From positions 352,001 to 416,000 of the forward strand of contig OZ243927.1 of assembly GCA_965213925.1 (NCBI GenBank): 64,000 bases of DNA, given 5' to 3'. Source of the stretch: Trueperaceae bacterium. GTDB taxonomy: Bacteria; Deinococcota; Deinococci; Deinococcales; Trueperaceae. A program made the position numbers and the translations under genes. Shown here one piece after another: positions 49,437 to 59,396 of the stretch. Below the pieces are notes generated by a model. The model ran no database searches, was not told where the DNA came from, and saw only the letters and a program-made list of their open reading frames with translations. Within the stretch, counting starts at the first letter, position 1. Each line of letters opens with the position of its first letter.

Positions 49437-49772
49437 TTAAGAAAATAGCAGAGGCTCGAGCCTGTCCAAGACCTCTTCAACAACTTCCGTTGGCAAACTT
49501 GCAATGAAGTCAACTTGACGAACACGCCAGTCCAAACTTTTGATTTGGTTGACGAGAACTACGCCTGAAACCGCTTCGCCTTTCGGAATTAAGACTTCAA
49601 ACGGATAGCCCTTGATCTGGCTGGTGATTGGACAAAAAAGGGCTAAGCCGCTTCTGCGATTATATAAAGAGGGTGATAGAACTAGAGCAGGACGCCTACC
49701 TGCTTGCTCGTGTCCTCTCTGCGGATTGAAGTCGAGCCACACAGCGTCGCCGCGTTCAGGCACGTAAACCAC
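49437..49772 (-). CDS. mazF: MazF/PemK endoribonuclease toxin
   Basis: YVPERGD.VW.DF.P..GHEQAGRRPALVLSP..YN, CPITSQIKGYPFEV. Confidence 0.95.
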   Translation of the reverse strand: MVYVPERGDAVWLDFNPQRGHEQAGRRPALVLSPSLYNRRSGLALFCPITSQIKGYPFEVLIPKGEAVSGVVLVNQIKSLDWRVRQVDFIASLPTEVVEEVLDRLEPLLFS

Positions 49773-49775
49773 TTG

Positions 49776-50027
49776 TTACCAAACCTCATTCCCTACAGGT
49801 TCGCCTGTGTCTATTTCAGCGTGCGTGTTTTCCTCGGTGATGCCCTCTACAAGCTGCTCGAGCGAATACTTCGACCTTTTCCTCTTAGTAACAGGCGTGA
49901 CGACAAGCTTGCCCTCGACTAAGCTCAGATCAACTTCTGTGTCGGGCTCGAGCTGTGTCTCTGCGGCAAATGATTTAGGGATGCGTAAGGCTAGACTGTT
50001 GCCCCACTTTTGAACTTTGGTTTTCAT
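49776..50027 (-). CDS. mazE: MazE antitoxin (AbrB)
   Basis: KWGNSLALRIP...L..L...IT.EN.H.E.D.G.P.G.E.W; GGAGG RBS. Confidence 0.95.
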   Translation of the reverse strand: MKTKVQKWGNSLALRIPKSFAAETQLEPDTEVDLSLVEGKLVVTPVTKRKRSKYSLEQLVEGITEENTHAEIDTGEPVGNEVW

Positions 50028-50038
50028 AAAACCTCCAA

Positions 50039-50060
50039 GTAGATACAAAGAGTATACAAT
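50039..50060 (-). promoter_or_regulatory. Candidate mazEF operator / -10 region
   Basis: TTGTATACTCTTTGTATCTAC immediately upstream of the mazE RBS; contains TATACT and resembles the E. coli mazEF operator. Confidence 0.45.
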
Positions 50061-50101
50061 ATTTTGGAGGTGAGTTTGGGGCTCGAGATTTCGCAGTAGA
50101 A

Positions 50102-50764
50102 TCAATCTTCATGCGTTGAGTTCCAGCCTGGAGAAAGCGTAGGTAAGGACCAGTTATCAGAAGGTCGCCAAGCTAGCAAACTTCCGTCAAAGGGTGCAAC
50201 TTTCCTCTTGATAAGGTCGAAGATTTCTTGTTTAGCCTCTTCGATTCCTGAAATTTGGTTGGATGTGATAATGCCGCGTCTAATACCCTCGTAGTATTCA
50301 CCAGCGTCTTTCCAGTGGAGAGATAAGTCTGGTTTGATGATGAGGTCAAGTTCTAGGTCGAGCGTGTCGAAACCTACATGGCTGCGTGTGAAGGGTAATT
50401 CGAAGTTGACGTACCAGCCGAGAAACTTTCCGGTATCGTGCTGCCAACAGAGTTGGATAGAGTAGTATTGACCGGGTTGCAGAAGGATTAGAAAGCGCTT
50501 CTCTCGCCAAATTCGGTCTACAAGTTGCCAGTCTACAGTTTCTTGTTCGTCCCAGCGGCTTTGCATCATGTCTTTAGACTCGCTACTGTATCTCCGAGCC
50601 ACAAGCCCAGCCGAGAATTTACAGAGCGTTCCAGGTACAAGAAGGAGTTTGGTGCATATTAGCGTATCCTCAACGACTCTTACGGGACGAGCAATCCAAA
50701 CTTTGCCTCTGTAGATGCCTCGGTGAACGACAGCGTCGCCACTCTTGAAATAGTCAATGCTCAT
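50102..50764 (-). CDS. DUF402 domain protein
   Basis: GWYVNFE.P..R....FDT.DLELDL...PD....WKD..E. Confidence 0.85.
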   Translation of the reverse strand: MSIDYFKSGDAVVHRGIYRGKVWIARPVRVVEDTLICTKLLLVPGTLCKFSAGLVARRYSSESKDMMQSRWDEQETVDWQLVDRIWREKRFLILLQPGQYYSIQLCWQHDTGKFLGWYVNFELPFTRSHVGFDTLDLELDLIIKPDLSLHWKDAGEYYEGIRRGIITSNQISGIEEAKQEIFDLIKRKVAPFDGSLLAWRPSDNWSLPTLSPGWNSTHED

Positions 50765-50854
50765 ACGCTGTTCCGATTATGAATGCAATCTCATTGCAAA
50801 ATGCAAGAGGGCAGAGACGCAACGCTTCTCGCCCCTGCCACTCCTCTCAAGCTC

Positions 50855-52422
50855 CTAAAACCGCTCAATCACCGTCTTCATCTCCAAAAACAGCCGCAAA
50901 TAATCCGGTCCCCCCGCCTTCGAGTTCGTCCCCGAAAGCTTATAGCCACCGAAGGGCTGAACGCCAACGAGTGCCCCGGTAATCCCCCGGTTAAAGTAGA
51001 GGTTGCCGACCTGAAACTCGCGCCGCGCCCGCTCTAAGCCGTGCTCTATTCTTGCTGTGAACGCCGCCCGTGAGCCCGAAAACCGTCGCGTTGGCAATCT
51101 CTAGGGCGTGGTCGAAGTCGCGCGCTTTCATCACCGAGACGACGGGACCAAAAATCTCTTCGCAGGCAATCGTCGCGCTTTGGGGCACGTCGGCGAAGAC
51201 GGTGGGCTGGATGAAGTGTCCTTCGTCGCCCGCGCGTTCGCCGCCCGCTACGAGCTTCGCTTCGGTTTTGCCGTTGTCGATATAGCCCATGATCTTATCG
51301 ACCGCTTTTTGGTTGATGACCGCCGCAACGTCGGGGTTCTCTTCGGCGGGACCGACTTTGAGGGCTTTGACGCGCTCAGTGAACTTCTCCACCATCTCGT
51401 CGTAGACCTCCTCAACGACGATAAGGCGGCTCATCGCGGAGCACTTTTGACCCTGGAAGCCGTAGCCGCTCGCCGCCGCCATCTCTGCAGCGTAGTCCAA
51501 GTCGGCGGTTTCGTCCACGATGAGGGCGTCTTTGCCGCCCATCTCCAGGTAGACCTTTTTGATCCACTTCTGACCGGGCTGCACCTTCGCGGCGCGTTCG
51601 TTGATGCGTAAGCCCGTCGCCATCGAGCCAGTGAAGTTGATGAAGCGCGTGCGCGGGTGGTCTACGAGCGCGTCGCCGAGTTCGGCGTCGTCGCCCGTCA
51701 AGAGGTTGATGACGCCGGGCGGAAAGCCCGCCTCTTCGACGCACTCCATGAATTTCTGCGCGATGATGACGGTATCGGGTGAGGGCTTTAAGATGACCGT
51801 GTTGCCAACCGCGACGGGTCCGATGGTCGTGCCCGTTAGAGATGGCGAGCAAGAAGTTCCAGGGCGGGATGACGACGCCGACGCCCATCGGGATGTAGAA
51901 CGAGGTGTTCTCTTCGCCGGGGTAGTCGTAGGTGGGCAGAGGTCCCTCGAGCTTCAGTGATTCGCGCGCGTAGTACTCGACGAAGTCGATGGCTTCGGCC
52001 ACGTCCGCTTCGGCTTCCCGGTAGTTCTTCGCCGCTTCGAACGTTTCCCAAGCGGAGAGTTCGAACTTGCGGCGGCGCATGATGGCGGCGAGTTTCATCA
52101 AGGTTCTAGCGCGGTGCGCCATCGGTAGCCCTGACCAACTCTCAAACGCTTCCCACGCGGTGTCCATCGCCTTCTCGAGCTGCTTTTTCGTGCCCTTGGC
52201 GGTGCGCCCGACGACCTCTTCTTTGCTGCTCGGGTTGGTCGAGGCGAGCCACTCGCCTGTGTCTATTTTCTCGCCGCCGATCACGAGCGGATAGTCCTGC
52301 CCAAGCTGGTTGCGCACCTCGGCGAGCGCCTTGTGGTAGCTCTCGATCACCTCGGGCTGACTGAAGTCCGAGTAGGGCTCGTTGCTGTACGGCTCGAAAA
52401 GCTCGTTCGACTGTTTCTCCAT
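50855..52422 (-). CDS. pruA: L-glutamate gamma-semialdehyde (P5C) dehydrogenase; two +1 indels (~51840, ~51037)
   Basis: [63 protein letters not shown] across three frames. Confidence 0.93.
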
Positions 52423-52454
52423 CGTCGCTCCTCCATAGAATCAATAGAATGAAT

Positions 52455-52653
52455 CAGCAGTTCCGCAATATATTGAGACAAAGTGTCGCTTACGAAGTTT
52501 TGCCGACGCTTCGCGCTTTGATAGAGCCGGCAAGGGTCTCATCACTGAACGCGCGTGCTAGTTACAAAGTTTTCGCGAAGCGAAACGTTACTTTACATAG
52601 TGAGAGTGTTGCTTCGCAGAACTTCGTACACTCAAACCAGATGATACCTGCTA
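52455..52653. mobile_element. MITE-like element (TAGCAG family)
   Basis: CAGCAGTTCC...CTCAAACCAGATGATACCTGCTA; 3-bp duplication AAT; internal blocks shared with the 13476 copy. Confidence 0.8.
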
Positions 52654-52737
52654 AATCATGCAAAAAGGTGTCAATTGCGGCTTGCAACGACACCTTAACA
52701 GGGATAAGAGGTTAGGCGCTAGGGGATAGAAGCTGTA

Positions 52738-52816
52738 AAAAAGCAGTAGTCAGAATTCAGTAGTCAGCTTGAAACCCATGCTGAACTTTGACTCCTGATC
52801 CCTGACTACTGCTTTT
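52738..52816. repeat. CAGTAGT-heptamer hairpin / terminator
   Basis: AAAAGCAGTAGTCAG...CTGACTACTGCTTTT. Confidence 0.65.
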
Positions 52817-52837
52817 GATACCTGACCACTGCCTTTC

Positions 52838-53767
52838 TTACCCTAATAGTCCCCTCGCAATAAAAAGCATATTCGCCGGACGTTCCGCCAGGCGGCGGCT
52901 AAAGTAGCCGTACCAGTCTTCGCCGTAAGGGATGTAGATTCGGACCACGTGACCACGCTCGACCAAAGCTTTTTGTAAGTTTGGTTTGACGCCATAGAGA
53001 AACTGATACTCGTAGCTTTCCGGTCCCAACCCCGCGCCGCGAACGTACGCTTCGCTCTCGCGGACGATCGCCTCGTCGTGGGTAGCGATGCCGATTTTTG
53101 CGCCGCCTTCAAGCCCCACGTAGATCATCTCGCGGAGCTGGTCGTCGACGTCGGCTTTGTCCTGGTAGGCGACGTCGTCGCCCTCTAAGTATGCGCCCTT
53201 GACCACGCGGATGGTGGGCTTGGGGTCTAGCTCGAGCAAGGACTTGAGGTCGTCCAACGTCCTATAGAGGTAGCTCTGCAGCACGGTCGAGACGTGATGA
53301 TAGCCCTCACTATGGAGCGCGCGGTAGAGGTCCAAGGTGCCATCTACAAAGGGCACGTTCTCCATGTCTAAACAGATGTCGGCGTCGATTTCGCGCGCGC
53401 GTTCGGCAACGCGGCGAGCGTTTTCAATGGCTAAGTCCAAGCTCACGCCCAGTCCGAGTTGGGTCGGCTTGACGCTCATGTAGCGCTCGACCTCCCGCTC
53501 GGCGAGCCCGTCTAACGTGGAGAGAATCTCTTTTGTCATCGCCTCCGCGCCCTCTTCGGTATCGACGAACTCGCCCAAGAGGTCGAGGATGGCGGCTAGG
53601 TCTCTCTGCTCTAGCTCCTGTACGGATTTCATCACTTCGGGCAGCGATTCCCCGGCGACGAAGCGCCCCACGCCGAGTCGCCAGCCCTGTTTTTTGATAA
53701 AGTTCGATATAGGCGGCGCGTCAGCGACGCCTAGCACGCTGCTTTTATACAGTGAGGCGAAACTCAC
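52838..53767 (-). CDS. Monofunctional proline dehydrogenase
   Basis: RFVAGE, DLLGE, SVKPTQLG, DME, QSYLYR, RVVKGAY, ATHD, YFSRRLAERP; start placed at GTG 53767 by analogy to Thermus PRODH. Confidence 0.95.
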   Translation of the reverse strand: MSFASLYKSSVLGVADAPPISNFIKKQGWRLGVGRFVAGESLPEVMKSVQELEQRDLAAILDLLGEFVDTEEGAEAMTKEILSTLDGLAEREVERYMSVKPTQLGLGVSLDLAIENARRVAERAREIDADICLDMENVPFVDGTLDLYRALHSEGYHHVSTVLQSYLYRTLDDLKSLLELDPKPTIRVVKGAYLEGDDVAYQDKADVDDQLREMIYVGLEGGAKIGIATHDEAIVRESEAYVRGAGLGPESYEYQFLYGVKPNLQKALVERGHVVRIYIPYGEDWYGYFSRRLAERPANMLFIARGLLG

Positions 53768-54036
53768 AGTGAGCCCCGGTCGCCCTGAGGGTTGCATAAA
53801 CGGCGCATATCTGTTAAACCTATAAGAATCATGCACTATTGTAGCGGATACGAGACCCTTTAACAAGCTTAACTCGTGGTGCGTTTCGAGTACGCGCGTA
53901 CCCAGCAAAGTTAAACTTCGCATAGTCCCGTCCGAAAAGTGTTGATAAGCTCAGGTATGATTGGAACGCCAACCCATGTCTATACGTTCTCTAAAGCGGG
54001 TGCCCTACTGAGCCCCCTACACTCCGGAGAGGTCGT

Positions 54037-54699
54037 GTGAAACTCTTTTTTATTCGTCACGGCGAGACAGACTGGCACGCCCTAGAAGCGCGGGGTATCC
54101 GCGGCTGGGCGCGCTCGTTTGCGCCGCTGACACAGCTCGGGCGGATGCAGATCAGCGTGATCGCCAACGACTACCGCTTAGAGGAAGCCGAGGGCATTCT
54201 CTGCTCGTCCTACGCGCGCGCGCTAGAGTCCGCGGGTATCTTGAGCCGCTCGCTCAACCAGCCCTTTTACGTCGAATACGACCTGCACGAATGGCTGCCG
54301 CAAAAAGACCCTTTAGGCGACGTCGACGAGCAGATTCAGCAAGAGGCGAACAAGCAGCTCAGCTACTACACGGGCTTTATCCCCTTCGCGGACAGGCGCA
54401 TGAATAGAGATTCGGGCAGCGCGCCCGCTGTGGACCGCCGCACGCCCGTGCGCGAGCGCGAAGTGCCGCCCCCCGACGCCCGCAGTTGGGAGAGCGTCGA
54501 AGAGGTGCGCGAGCGCGTCCTAGGCGTACTGAGCCGCTATCAACACATGGAGACCTTGATCGTCGTGTCGCACGCGGTGGTGATCACCAGCATGTTAGGT
54601 CAGCAGCGCCAGATCGAGCACGCCGAAATCGTACCCATGCACGTGGACTTCAGCGCGCCGACGCCCGTGATTACCGAGCCGCGGGAGCGGGTAGGGTAA
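54037..54699 (+). CDS. Histidine phosphatase family protein
   Basis: RHGE, SS..RA, L.E, VSH. Confidence 0.88.
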   Translation: MKLFFIRHGETDWHALEARGIRGWARSFAPLTQLGRMQISVIANDYRLEEAEGILCSSYARALESAGILSRSLNQPFYVEYDLHEWLPQKDPLGDVDEQIQQEANKQLSYYTGFIPFADRRMNRDSGSAPAVDRRTPVREREVPPPDARSWESVEEVRERVLGVLSRYQHMETLIVVSHAVVITSMLGQQRQIEHAEIVPMHVDFSAPTPVITEPRERVG

Positions 54700-54702
54700 A
54701 GC

Positions 54703-54768
54703 AGAGAAAAGGTGAAAGGACTGAGGACTGAGTAGAAAAACCACTCAGTCCTCAGTCCTTTTCTCTTT
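54703..54768. repeat. GGACTGA-heptamer hairpin
   Basis: AAAGGACTGAGGACTGAGT / ACTCAGTCCTCAGTCCTTT. Confidence 0.75.
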
Positions 54769-54788
54769 AACCTGTTTTAGACTAGCCC

Positions 54789-55394
54789 ATGATCTCACAT
54801 CCGCTCGTTTTAGAAGGTCGCGTCGTCCGCTTAGAGCCCCTAGCCGAAGCGCACATTCCCGCGCTCATGGATATCGCCAAAGCGACGCCCGAGCTTTTCA
54901 AATACACCTCCACGCCTGTCACTGACGAGCAAGCTGAAGACTACTTCGCTAGGGCCTTTGAGGAGCGGGGCGAGGGGCGGGCGTATCCCTTCACTCTCTT
55001 TCATAAACTGGGGGACAACTCGGAGGGCAAGATCGTTGGGACGAGCCGCTTCGCGGATATCGTGCCGCGTCACCGCAACGCCGAACTCGGCTTTACCTGG
55101 CTGACGCCTAAAGTGCAGGGCACGAGCGTCAACGTAGAGAGCAAATACCTGATGCTTAGGCACGCCTTCGAGGTGCTCGACCTCTTGCGCGTTCACATCA
55201 TCACCGACACGCGCAACGCGCGCTCGCAGCGGGCGATCCGCGCCCTCGGTGCACAGTACGAAGGAACCCTGCGGGCGCACCACGTCGCCAAAGGGGACTA
55301 CGTCCGCGACACGATGGTCTTTTCGATCATCTATAGCGACTGGCCGAGCGTCAAGGCGCACTTAGAGGCGCGAATGGAGGCGAAGCGCGCCTGA
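54789..55394 (+). CDS. GNAT acetyltransferase (RimJ/RimL family)
   Basis: LEG..VRLEPL, ELGFTW, N.E.K..ML..AF, N.RS..AI..LGA..EG.LR. Confidence 0.9.
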   Translation: MISHPLVLEGRVVRLEPLAEAHIPALMDIAKATPELFKYTSTPVTDEQAEDYFARAFEERGEGRAYPFTLFHKLGDNSEGKIVGTSRFADIVPRHRNAELGFTWLTPKVQGTSVNVESKYLMLRHAFEVLDLLRVHIITDTRNARSQRAIRALGAQYEGTLRAHHVAKGDYVRDTMVFSIIYSDWPSVKAHLEARMEAKRA

Positions 55395-55408
55395 AAGGTC
55401 GGGGCGCG

Positions 55409-56674
55409 TTAGAGAGGGTCGAGCTGTACCCACAAGCCGTTTTTAGGGTGGACGGTGTTGCCGGTTTCTTCTACGGGCGAGGTCCAAGCGGCCCGGACGT
55501 CGTAGCGCTGCAGCAGCCTGATAAGGCTCACTTTGAGGATCATAGAAGCGAGCGACGCGCCGATGCAGTAGCGCGAGCCGCCGCCGAAAGGGAGATAGGC
55601 GAAAGGTGGCGGCTTGTCGACCTCTTCGCTCTCGGCGTTCCAGCGTTCGGGATTGAAGCGCAAGGGGTCGCGGTAGGGCACCAGGCGGTGGGTGAGGTGG
55701 GGCGAAAATGCCACTAGGCTTCCCTTTTTGAGCCTGTAGCCGCCGTATTCCAACTCCCTGTCCGCTTGCCGCAAGCCCGCCGGGGCGGGCGGGTAGAGCC
55801 GCAACGTCTCCTTGACGACGCGCTCCAAGTAGGGGAGCGCGAGGGAGGTGAGCGTCAGTTCTCCTAGCGCGCCGACCTCTTCGCGTAGGCGGACCAGAGT
55901 CGCTGGGTTCGCGAGCAGCGCGTACACCGCCCAACAGAGCGCGGCGCTCGTGGTGTCGAAGCCCGCCGAGACGAGGCTCACGGCTTGGTCGCGCACCTCT
56001 CTATCAGAAAGACCCTCGCCCGTTTCGTCCTTCGCCTCTAGCAGCATTCCGATAACGTCGTCTGCGGGCTCACCCTTGCGCCGCCGCGCGATCTCGCCGA
56101 AGAGCAGGGCGTCCGTTTGACGCCTCGAGCTGAGAAAGCGCTGCCAGGGCGTTCCCGGCAGCGGGACCTTGAGCTGCTGCGCCAAAAAGGGCAGGTTCGC
56201 GAAGCGCATCATCGCGCCGACGTGCGTCACAAGCTCGGGCGTACGCGAGAGCGTCTCGCGCCCTAAGAGCGTCTCGCAGATGATGCTCAAGATGCTCGGG
56301 CGGACCGCGCTGTAGAGGTCGAAGGGTCGCCCTAGAGGAAGCGCCGTGAAGAGGTCGTTTAAGCGTCTGTCTATCGCCCGGACCAGCCCCGTGAGGCGCT
56401 GGCGGTGGAAGGCGGGTTGCACCAACCGGCGGCGGCGCAGGTGCGCGGGCTCGTCGCTGGTGATAAGCGCGTAGTCGCCTGTGATGGGACGCAAAAAGCG
56501 GTACGCGCGGCGCAGGGTGAAGTGCGCCGCTTCGTCTTGCAACACGAAGCGGTTAGCGTCCGCGCCGATGAGCCAAGTGAAGCGCAGCGCGCCGAAGCCG
56601 AAGGCGAACACGGGGCCGTAACGTTCGAAGAGCGTCGTCACGGCGGCGTTGGGATACGACGCGGCGCGTTCCAT
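55409..56674 (-). CDS. Cytochrome P450
   Basis: AGFDTT I-helix, ETLR, PERW, FGGGSRYCIG heme Cys. Confidence 0.95.
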   Translation of the reverse strand: MERAASYPNAAVTTLFERYGPVFAFGFGALRFTWLIGADANRFVLQDEAAHFTLRRAYRFLRPITGDYALITSDEPAHLRRRRLVQPAFHRQRLTGLVRAIDRRLNDLFTALPLGRPFDLYSAVRPSILSIICETLLGRETLSRTPELVTHVGAMMRFANLPFLAQQLKVPLPGTPWQRFLSSRRQTDALLFGEIARRRKGEPADDVIGMLLEAKDETGEGLSDREVRDQAVSLVSAGFDTTSAALCWAVYALLANPATLVRLREEVGALGELTLTSLALPYLERVVKETLRLYPPAPAGLRQADRELEYGGYRLKKGSLVAFSPHLTHRLVPYRDPLRFNPERWNAESEEVDKPPPFAYLPFGGGSRYCIGASLASMILKVSLIRLLQRYDVRAAWTSPVEETGNTVHPKNGLWVQLDPL

Positions 56675-56711
56675 GACGCGCAGGTGGTCTAAGCCTGCTG
56701 GTGCGGGGGGG

Positions 56712-57407
56712 TTAGCGGACGCCGTGCAAAATCTCCTCGAGCCCCTCTGGATCGTCGATGAACACTTCGCGCGGCTTCGTGCTGATGACCGACTCGCCCT
56801 CCAGCGCTTTAAGCGCCCGCGTCACCGTCTCGCGGCTCGTCCCCGCTAGGCTCGCCAGCTCCTGGTGGGTGAGCCGCAAAAGGGCGGTCCCTTCGTCGGC
56901 GAAGTCGATGAGGCCGCCCCTGTAGAGCCGCAGCAGCACGTAAGCCACGCGCCCTTGCGCGTCCTTATAGGACAAGACCTGCGCCTCGTCGCCCATGCCG
57001 CGCAGCCTTTGCGCTAGCGTGTAGGTGACGTTCAGGTTGATGCTCGGGTACTCGCTGATGAGCTTGTTGAAGTCGTCTTTGAAGAGCATGTAGACGAGCG
57101 TCTCGCGGATGGAGATGGCGGCGGCGCTGCGCCCCTGCTCGCCCAAAAGCGCCATCTCGCCGAAGAACTCGGGCGGTTTCAACACCGCTAAGGTCTTTTC
57201 GTGACCTTCTAGGTCGATCTTGTAGAGCTTGACCATGCCTTCAGCGAGGATGTAGAGCACCTCGCCCAGGTCGCCCTCGCGGAACAAGATGTCGTCTTTG
57301 CCGACGCGCTTAGGTTGCAAAGACTCGGCGGCGATATCCAGAGCGCGCTCAGGCGCGCCCCTAAAGAGCGGAACCCGCGAAAGAAAGTGGGTGAATTGAG
57401 ACGCCAT
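56712..57407 (-). CDS. Crp/Fnr family transcriptional regulator
   Basis: FFGEMALL...RSA cNMP pocket; THQELASLAGTSRETVTR HTH. Confidence 0.93.
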   Translation of the reverse strand: MASQFTHFLSRVPLFRGAPERALDIAAESLQPKRVGKDDILFREGDLGEVLYILAEGMVKLYKIDLEGHEKTLAVLKPPEFFGEMALLGEQGRSAAAISIRETLVYMLFKDDFNKLISEYPSINLNVTYTLAQRLRGMGDEAQVLSYKDAQGRVAYVLLRLYRGGLIDFADEGTALLRLTHQELASLAGTSRETVTRALKALEGESVISTKPREVFIDDPEGLEEILHGVR

Positions 57408-57618
57408 CAACCGTTCACTTTCGCGAGGTGCTGCGCGTCTACACGCCGCGCCATGTTTTCCTTTAAGGGATTGGTGAAGAGAACAGACGCGACTATCCCG
57501 CTCCGCCCTGTACACCCCGATTGATCACTTCTAGAACTCGTCATTAGCACCTAGCCTAGCATAGCGCTGTGCGCGGTTACAGGGGTTTGGGGCTACTGTG
57601 GTTATATTAACGTCCGTG

Positions 57619-58332
57619 ATGCCAAGCCGAGCCCGAGACGCCGACCGCCCCCCCCTACGCTGCGCCGAGGTAAGCCGCACGTTCGACACGCCGGAGGCGC
57701 GCTTAGAGATTCTTAAAGAGGTCAACCTGACCCTGCACCCTGCCCAAGTCGTCGCTATCTTAGGACCCTCGGGCTCGGGCAAGAGCACGCTCTTGCACCT
57801 CTTGGGCGGTTTGGATAGACCCACGTCAGGTGAAATCTACTGGGGCGAGCGCTCCGTCCACGACCTGGACCAGCGCGTGCTCGCACGCTTACGCACCCGT
57901 GAGATAGGGCTCATCTTTCAGCAGCACTACCTCTTGGAAGACTTGAGCGTGCTCGAGAACGTGACGCTGCCGGGGCGCATCGGCGGCGAGGTAGACGCGG
58001 CGAGAGGTCGGGACTTGCTCCGCCGGGTGGGGCTCTCGGAGCGCACGAGCTTCTTGCCCAAAAAGCTCTCGGGCGGCGAGCGGCAGCGCGTGGCGGTGGC
58101 GCGGGCGCTCTACAACCGCCCCGGCGTCGTCTTGGCGGACGAGCCGACCGGGAGTTTAGACCGTAAAAGCGCCAAAGCGGTGTATGAACTCCTCGTCGAG
58201 CTGGCGCGCGACGAGGGGAGCGCGGTCCTGATGGTCACGCACGACGAAGGCTTGGTGGAGCAGGTGGACGCCCGCTACCACTTGGATGAGGGCGTGCTCG
58301 TGCCGGAGGTTGGAGCTGTGCGTGAGGGTTGA
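57619..58332 (+). CDS. ABC ATP-binding protein, LolD-like
   Basis: GPSGSGKSTLLHLLGGLD, LSGGERQRVA.ARAL, ADEPTG.LD, VTHD. Confidence 0.9.
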   Translation: MPSRARDADRPPLRCAEVSRTFDTPEARLEILKEVNLTLHPAQVVAILGPSGSGKSTLLHLLGGLDRPTSGEIYWGERSVHDLDQRVLARLRTREIGLIFQQHYLLEDLSVLENVTLPGRIGGEVDAARGRDLLRRVGLSERTSFLPKKLSGGERQRVAVARALYNRPGVVLADEPTGSLDRKSAKAVYELLVELARDEGSAVLMVTHDEGLVEQVDARYHLDEGVLVPEVGAVREG

Positions 58333-58501
58333 GGTCTATAGGCTGATGGATGCTAGATGTTTTTGCTCGAGTCTTCTCCAACGGTAAACGGTTTAGCGTA
58401 GTAGCTTTCTCTGGAATGACACCGATATCAAAGCCAGGGATTGAAACCCCTTGTTCATCACATATTGTTTGTTCATCACATAGAGACGGCAGAAGGAGTA
58501 C

Positions 58502-59395
58502 ATGGCGGCATTCAACCTAGAACCACGACCCGGTTTAGATACAAAGAGGCGTCTAGGCGTCGCGCTCGGCGGCGGTACGGCTAGAGCCTACGCGCACGTG
58601 GGAGCCCTCCAGGTTTTAGAGGTCCACACTCCCGGTGTGCTCGCGGGGACGAGCTACGGGGCGCTCATCGCAGCGCTCTACGCGCTAGAGCCGGACGCGA
58701 AGAGAATCGCGCGGTGGGCGAGTGGACAGGACATGCTCACGTGGTGGTCGCGCAACCTGGACGCGGGCTTTTCCAGGGCGAGTTTGGTCGCTGGGGAGAA
58801 GATCGAGCGCTGGTTAGACGAGCTTTTCGGCGGCGCGACCTTCGCGGATACGCGCCTCCCGCTCCTCATCGCCTGCACGGACGTGGACACGGGCGAGCTG
58901 GTCCTCTTGCGAGAGGGCTCCCTCGCGCGGGCGGTGCGAGCGAGTTGCGCCCTACCAGGGCTCTACGCCGTGCCCGAGGTGGCGGGGCGGCGGCTCGTCG
59001 ACGGCGGCTTCGTGATGCCCGTGCCCGCCGCGCCTCTTTTGGACTTGAGCGAGGTCGTCGTCGGGCTACACGCCGGTGTCGAGGTCGAACGCGCCGCGTC
59101 CATCCGCCTACTGAAGAGGTGGCAGGGCTCGAACCTCGGTCAAGCCTTCTACGCCCGCGTCACGCATTCAAAACGCCGAAACGCTTGGAGCGCCCTCGGT
59201 AAAGGACTCGCCCACGCCGCCGCCTCGTACAGCCGCGCCGCCCCCGTCCCGAGCGACTGTCTGCTCGTCAAGACCGCGCCGCCGGTAGCCTGGTGGGACT
59301 TTCACAAGTCGGATATGGCAGTGGCGGCGGGCGAGCGGGCGATGCGCGCGGCGCTGCCGGAGTTAGAACGGCGTTTAGGCGGTAAGCTAGCCTGA
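58502..59395 (+). CDS. Patatin-like phospholipase
   Basis: GGG.AR..AH.G, GTSYG, DGG. Confidence 0.9.
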   Translation: MAAFNLEPRPGLDTKRRLGVALGGGTARAYAHVGALQVLEVHTPGVLAGTSYGALIAALYALEPDAKRIARWASGQDMLTWWSRNLDAGFSRASLVAGEKIERWLDELFGGATFADTRLPLLIACTDVDTGELVLLREGSLARAVRASCALPGLYAVPEVAGRRLVDGGFVMPVPAAPLLDLSEVVVGLHAGVEVERAASIRLLKRWQGSNLGQAFYARVTHSKRRNAWSALGKGLAHAAASYSRAAPVPSDCLLVKTAPPVAWWDFHKSDMAVAAGERAMRAALPELERRLGGKLA

Positions 59396-59396
59396 T

